Assembly: GCA_010909165.1 (NCBI GenBank)
Contig: VJWM01000011.1
Location: forward strand, 620,001 to 684,000
DNA: 64,000 bases
DNA from: Anthoceros angustus
Lineage: Eukaryota; Plantae; Anthocerotophyta
Reading direction: 5' to 3'
Translations under genes and position numbers: made by a program
In this document: one piece after another, positions 59,704 to 64,000 of the stretch
How the letters are laid out: every line of letters starts with the position of its first letter
How positions within the stretch are numbered: the stretch's first letter is position 1
Notes under the pieces: generated by a model
The model's input: the letters and a program-made list of their open reading frames with translations, nothing else
Told to the model about the DNA's origin: nothing
The model's database searches: none

Positions 59704-61523
59704 ATGGCAGCAGCAGTTCTGGAGAAGTCCATGGCTGCCGCCGCCTCCCTGGCAGCTGGTCATCAAGGTGGTGCGACTCGTGAGGAGTTAGGTTGGAAGA
59801 GCGTGTCCTTCGGTGGCATGAAGCTGGCAAGGGGAGTGTGCACTGGAGGTTACCGCTGGAGCCGGGAATCGCAGCGACTGGTTGTCAGGGCTGTGGAGCA
59901 GAAATCTGCTTTGACTCCAGGTTTGTTGGCTTGCCAGGTTTACGGTGGCGGTGAATGCACAAATGGAGCTCCTGTTTGCAGATGTATCAGCTGCGGAGAT
60001 GGATTGACATGATGGGCTTGTCGGCTCAGATTTGCAGGACAACCTTAAGCGTGCTGTGGCCAAAAAGGCAGTGGAGCTGGTGAAACCTGGCATGATTGTT
60101 GGACTTGGAACTGGGAGTACGTCGTCCATGGCCATTGAAGAGTTGGGTAAGCTTATTACACAAGGAAAGGTGAGGGTGCTCTTCGAAGGAACCTTGCGGG
60201 TACCGAGTACCTTCATGCTTTCACCGTCTTGTTAGGAGTGACGGACGTGGAATAAATTGGTGTGGTTCGGTGTCCGCAGCTGAAAGACGTTGTTGGTGTT
60301 GGGACAAGCTATCAGTCACGTGTGCTGGCACGTCAGTTTGGTGTGAAAACTGTAAGCGTCTGTGTGGGGGTACTGTTTTCACGTGAGCTTCATCTCTTGC
60401 TTGATACGCTAACAAGGACGGAGTGTCCATGATCTCAGGTGGATTTGAACGATGTTAACAGGATCGATATTGCATTTGATGGAGCAGATGAGGTTGACTC
60501 GTCCATGAACCTGATCAAGGTGTTCATTCACCTCTTGTCAACATCTTCTATGGTCACCGAGATCTGCTATGCTGTCTTATCTTATCCAAATTGACTTGAT
60601 CTCTCTGGCTTGTGGTCGCAGGGCGGTGGTGCAGCACACACCTTGGAAAAGGTAGGCAGTGTGAATGGGGGTTTTCCAGAGACGTCATACTCCTTGTGGG
60701 AATCACAGTTAGGGTCGACCTAGGGGTCTGGGCCATCCGTCTGATGCCATGTGCCTTGCAGGTGGTGGATACCATGGCAGAGAAGACTGTGATCTTGGTG
60801 GACCAATCAAAAGTCGTCTCTGAACTGGGGCTGACCTTCCCTGTGCCGGTTAGATGCTGCTAAACCTTGCATGCTGCTTCCTGTTCCCTGATTCTCATCT
60901 GACATGATAGTTTGTTTGGGGAATCAGGTGGAGGTTCTTCCACCAGCAATCTCACCAGTCCTTCGGTCTCTAGTTGGTCTTGGTGGAGGTAAGGCACACT
61001 AAACTAATATTCCACAAGTGACCCAGATTTCAGGTCTGAAGGTAGTGAGATGACGAGTCGGGCTGGTTGGCAGTGCCCGAGATTAGAAGTGCCCTGAGGA
61101 AGGACGGCCCTGTCATCACCGACCTGGGCAACATGATCGTGGATGTTAGGTGTGTGCTTTTGCGGGATTTTCTGGAAAGAGTGTGGAGACAAAACGGGTT
61201 CCCCAACGCATCCTCTGCTGATTGCAGGTTTCCGGAGGGAATAAAAAATCCAGGGGCTTTGGAGCGGGCCATCAACATGATCCCAGGAGTGGTGGAAAAC
61301 GGTACAAATCTATCCTCATTTCTCACGGCATTTCCTCCTAGGTGAATCTCTGGAAGAGATGAATCTCACAAGCCTGGAGACACTCCCCCCTCTCCCCGCA
61401 GGTCTCTTCATCGACATCGTCAAAGTAGTGCTAGTCTCCACGCACGATGGAGACGAAATATCTATTGTGGAGCTGGCAGACTTCGTGAAGAGCCTGAAGG
61501 GTGCCAAGGAATCTGTTGCCTGA
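59704..61523 (+). CDS. Ribose-5-phosphate isomerase A, plastid-targeted, intron-rich (RPI4-like)
   Basis: [35 protein letters not shown]...NLIK|[32 protein letters not shown]|GLF. Confidence 0.92.
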
Positions 61524-62274
61524 ATCTAGAGCGCGGTCAAGCATGAATTCACCCAAGGAATGATGCCGAAGGCACAGTGTCTGCGGCGTGGATGTTGTGT
61601 GCCACAGTTTTGCAGATTTTCCCAAGGCCAAGGCCAGAAGAGAGCATTTGTGATAAGTCGAGGCATCATAATATGTACTAGCAGGCTGCATTTGGACCGC
61701 TTCTTGGAGGAGAGCGCCTGCCTTAAGTATTTATAGTTTGTTAATCCGATGCCGTTGCCGGAATCATGATAAGCTAATGTGCTTGCCGCTCAACCTCACC
61801 TTCTTGGTGTTTACCTCGTGTTCATTGTTTTCTAGGGACCCCAAGCCGGAGCCCGATCATTGAAGCCAAGAAGCTGCAATGGGCCCCATAGACAGTATCA
61901 AACTCGTTTGTGTAGAATGTTCACCAATGGAAACGCACACCCAAGTCGTAAAACCGCATCCAACGGCGACATGCGAAGCCTCTACGAGTCTGACATACGT
62001 ATCTCCGCAGCCAGAAATGAATGTGGATTGCGGCGCATTGAAGAGCCTGGCTTGGCCTCGCGGATATACATATTTGCTTGGCACAGCTCCCAGCCTGCCA
62101 TTCCCTCCGCCCCCTCCCACCAGCGTTCTCGTCCTCTCTTCTTGCGCGCTCTCTCCAGACGTGTCCTAGGCCTGTGCGCGGGATTACAATCCAGTCTCAC
62201 GCACCTTCCTTCTTGCGCGTCCCGAGCGCCATCTGTTTTCTTCCAGCAAGCTTTGTAATTGCTAGACATCCGAG

Positions 62275-62666
62275 ATGAAGAAGCTGGCGCGAGCCAAAGC
62301 CAAGGACCGGCAAGCCAGCAGCTCCGCCACCGGCAGCATGCAGGACCATGACTCGCACGACGACGATTCCTCCACCTCGGTCCCGGTACGCTTCCTCTCT
62401 CTCCCTTTCTTGAATGCCGTCAATTCGTGACTCCGTCTGCTTCCGCCACAGCGCTGCGGCCAGGCGTCTTACATTGTTCCCTTTCTGTGCAGCAGATGAG
62501 GACCTGCGGGCCGCACAACGCCAACCCGCACCTGGTGCACTACTCCGACAGAAGCGAGCTCCGCCGCATCTGCGTGGTTTGCAGTAAAAGGCAACACTTC
62601 TACTGTCCTTCTTGCAACAGCTTCATGTGCCTCGGCCCCTGCTTCGTGAAGCACCACTCCGGTTGA
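62275..62666 (+). CDS. Putative ~94-aa spliced protein with a piggyBac-type C-terminal Cys-rich zinc-binding domain
   Basis: ATG at 62275, phase-0 GT-AG intron 62386-62492, exon 2 encodes RRICVVCSKRQHFYCPSCNSFMCLGPCFVKHH; expression unverified. Confidence 0.5.
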
Positions 62667-64000
62667 TCCACTCGCGGGCTTCCGACCATCTCCTGTTCCT
62701 CTTTCCCTCTTCCAGTCGCACCGGAGCGATCTCCGCTTCCATTGCGTTCTTGCGTCACTGACACACAGCCGAGCGGCTTGGGAGGAATTTCGGAAGCTAG
62801 CACAACCAGGCGCTGTGTTTTTGTTGCCGCTGGAATCATCCATCCAGCAGTGCCCGACCAAAACCTTGGCCGGTGCAGGTGATCTTCCACAGTGAGCATA
62901 GTGTGGAATCTGCTTGTCAAGTGCAGTCGCTGTTTCCAGACACGCATTCGTCGTGCTGGATCTCCGCGCACCTAGTCGGATTCCCAAGGAAATTCCAAAT
63001 GTGAGAATAATTTTGGTTTGGCCGGGCAGTAGCTTCAGATTTAGTCGGTCTATCAGCATTCGCATGCATGTACATACCTAGTCTGGAGCTGTCTCTCCGT
63101 CTCTCTGCTGTGAAACCGAGAAGGATGTTGGATTGCCATTTCCAATCGCTGCACAATCTCTGGCAAGGCTTTCTGATCTGCATTCTCAACCGCGCATTCT
63201 CAATCGCTCAACGAAATCCAATGCCCGTCTTTCCTCCGCGCAGGTGCAGAGTATCTTTCGGGGTCAAGTTCGTGTTGAGTTGTGGAACGCGGTTAGCGAA
63301 GGCGGCACACGCATTAACTGCGGTGTCTTTGCGTTTGTGCATCTAGGAGGAACGCAGTCAACGACAGTCGAGGATAATTAAGGCCTCCGAACAACAAGTA
63401 CGTGAGCGCAGGCTGCAGGAGCCTGCTCTGCTGCAGCCAATACTTGGCTGCCTTCCGATAACGCCGCAGTTAATGAAGAGTCTATTTCCGGTAACCGGAG
63501 GTGGTGTAACCGAGTTCCAAGTTCCAACTAGGAGTACGTGGTCAGCAGGCAGCCGCCAGCCGCCGACGAAGAAGATGGACATAAAAGCTCCCATCGGACA
63601 CGCCCCACTTGCCGCCGACACCCTCTGCGGCGATAACAGCCAGCATCTGCGAACGAACACCTCGTTACATTTCTGGGCTTTCCCCTATGAGCATATGCAG
63701 TGTATGACGTGTCCTGCACGTACTCACGTGTTGTAGCCTAAGTATTTTAACTTTTTTATATAATAGTCGAGAATAAGGAAAATATTAAAAATCTGTATGC
63801 ACATTAATTATGCTGGATACTACTATACTTCAATCTGCAGGTGCAAATTTAAAATACAAGCATATAATATACTATAACACTATCTATATAAAGATAGATA
63901 AACAATAGGTCTTGTCCTTATCCATAAAAGCTATTATGCATGGTGTGTTTAATGGGCGCGAGCGCTTCCATGGGCACTTAGAATGGTGTGTTTAATGATG

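Noticed and set aside
32920-61523. Metabolic gene cluster (AXS, MFS transporter, oxidoreductase, RPI)
   Set aside because: The genes belong to unrelated housekeeping pathways interleaved with E2, TrmB and RPC4; nothing in the sequence indicates a shared pathway
62700-63740. Search for a piggyBac transposase core or TTAA-CCC termini near the Cys-rich mini-ORF
   Set aside because: No DDD motifs or terminal repeats were recognised; ORFs here look spurious

Overview
Gene-dense nuclear DNA from a non-seed land plant. The compact GC-rich genes, roughly 80-120 bp introns, PLS-class PPR remnants and CRE retroelements suggest a hornwort or lycophyte; this is inference. Recognisable host genes: PPD5 (5'-truncated), an LRR-XI receptor kinase, PLSP1, AXS (UDP-apiose/xylose synthase), a UBC4/5/6-type E2, a TrmB-like tRNA m7G methylase, a conserved unknown protein, an NFD4-like MFS transporter, a TDA3-like FAD oxidoreductase, an MTH1-type Nudix hydrolase, RPC4 and ribose-5-phosphate isomerase. 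About 15-32.5 kb is transposon-dense. The best-resolved accessory structure is a near-intact two-gene PIF/Harbinger element (MYB/trihelix plus DDE transposase). It is nested, in opposite orientation, inside an internally deleted copy of itself, which creates a roughly 190-bp foldback, and the whole compound sits at a TTA in a 28-bp minisatellite. Other notable items are CRE-clade RLE retrotransposons, a spliced ~94-aa mini-ORF carrying a piggyBac-type Cys-rich domain, a hairpin minisatellite just downstream of a stop codon, an inverted intron-containing gene-fragment copy and a tRNA-like relic. At least six tandem duplications differ mostly by 1-bp indels and may be long-read assembly artefacts, so frameshifts in this window should be treated cautiously. 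Coordinates were counted by hand and may be off by a few bases; boundaries of degenerate elements are approximate.
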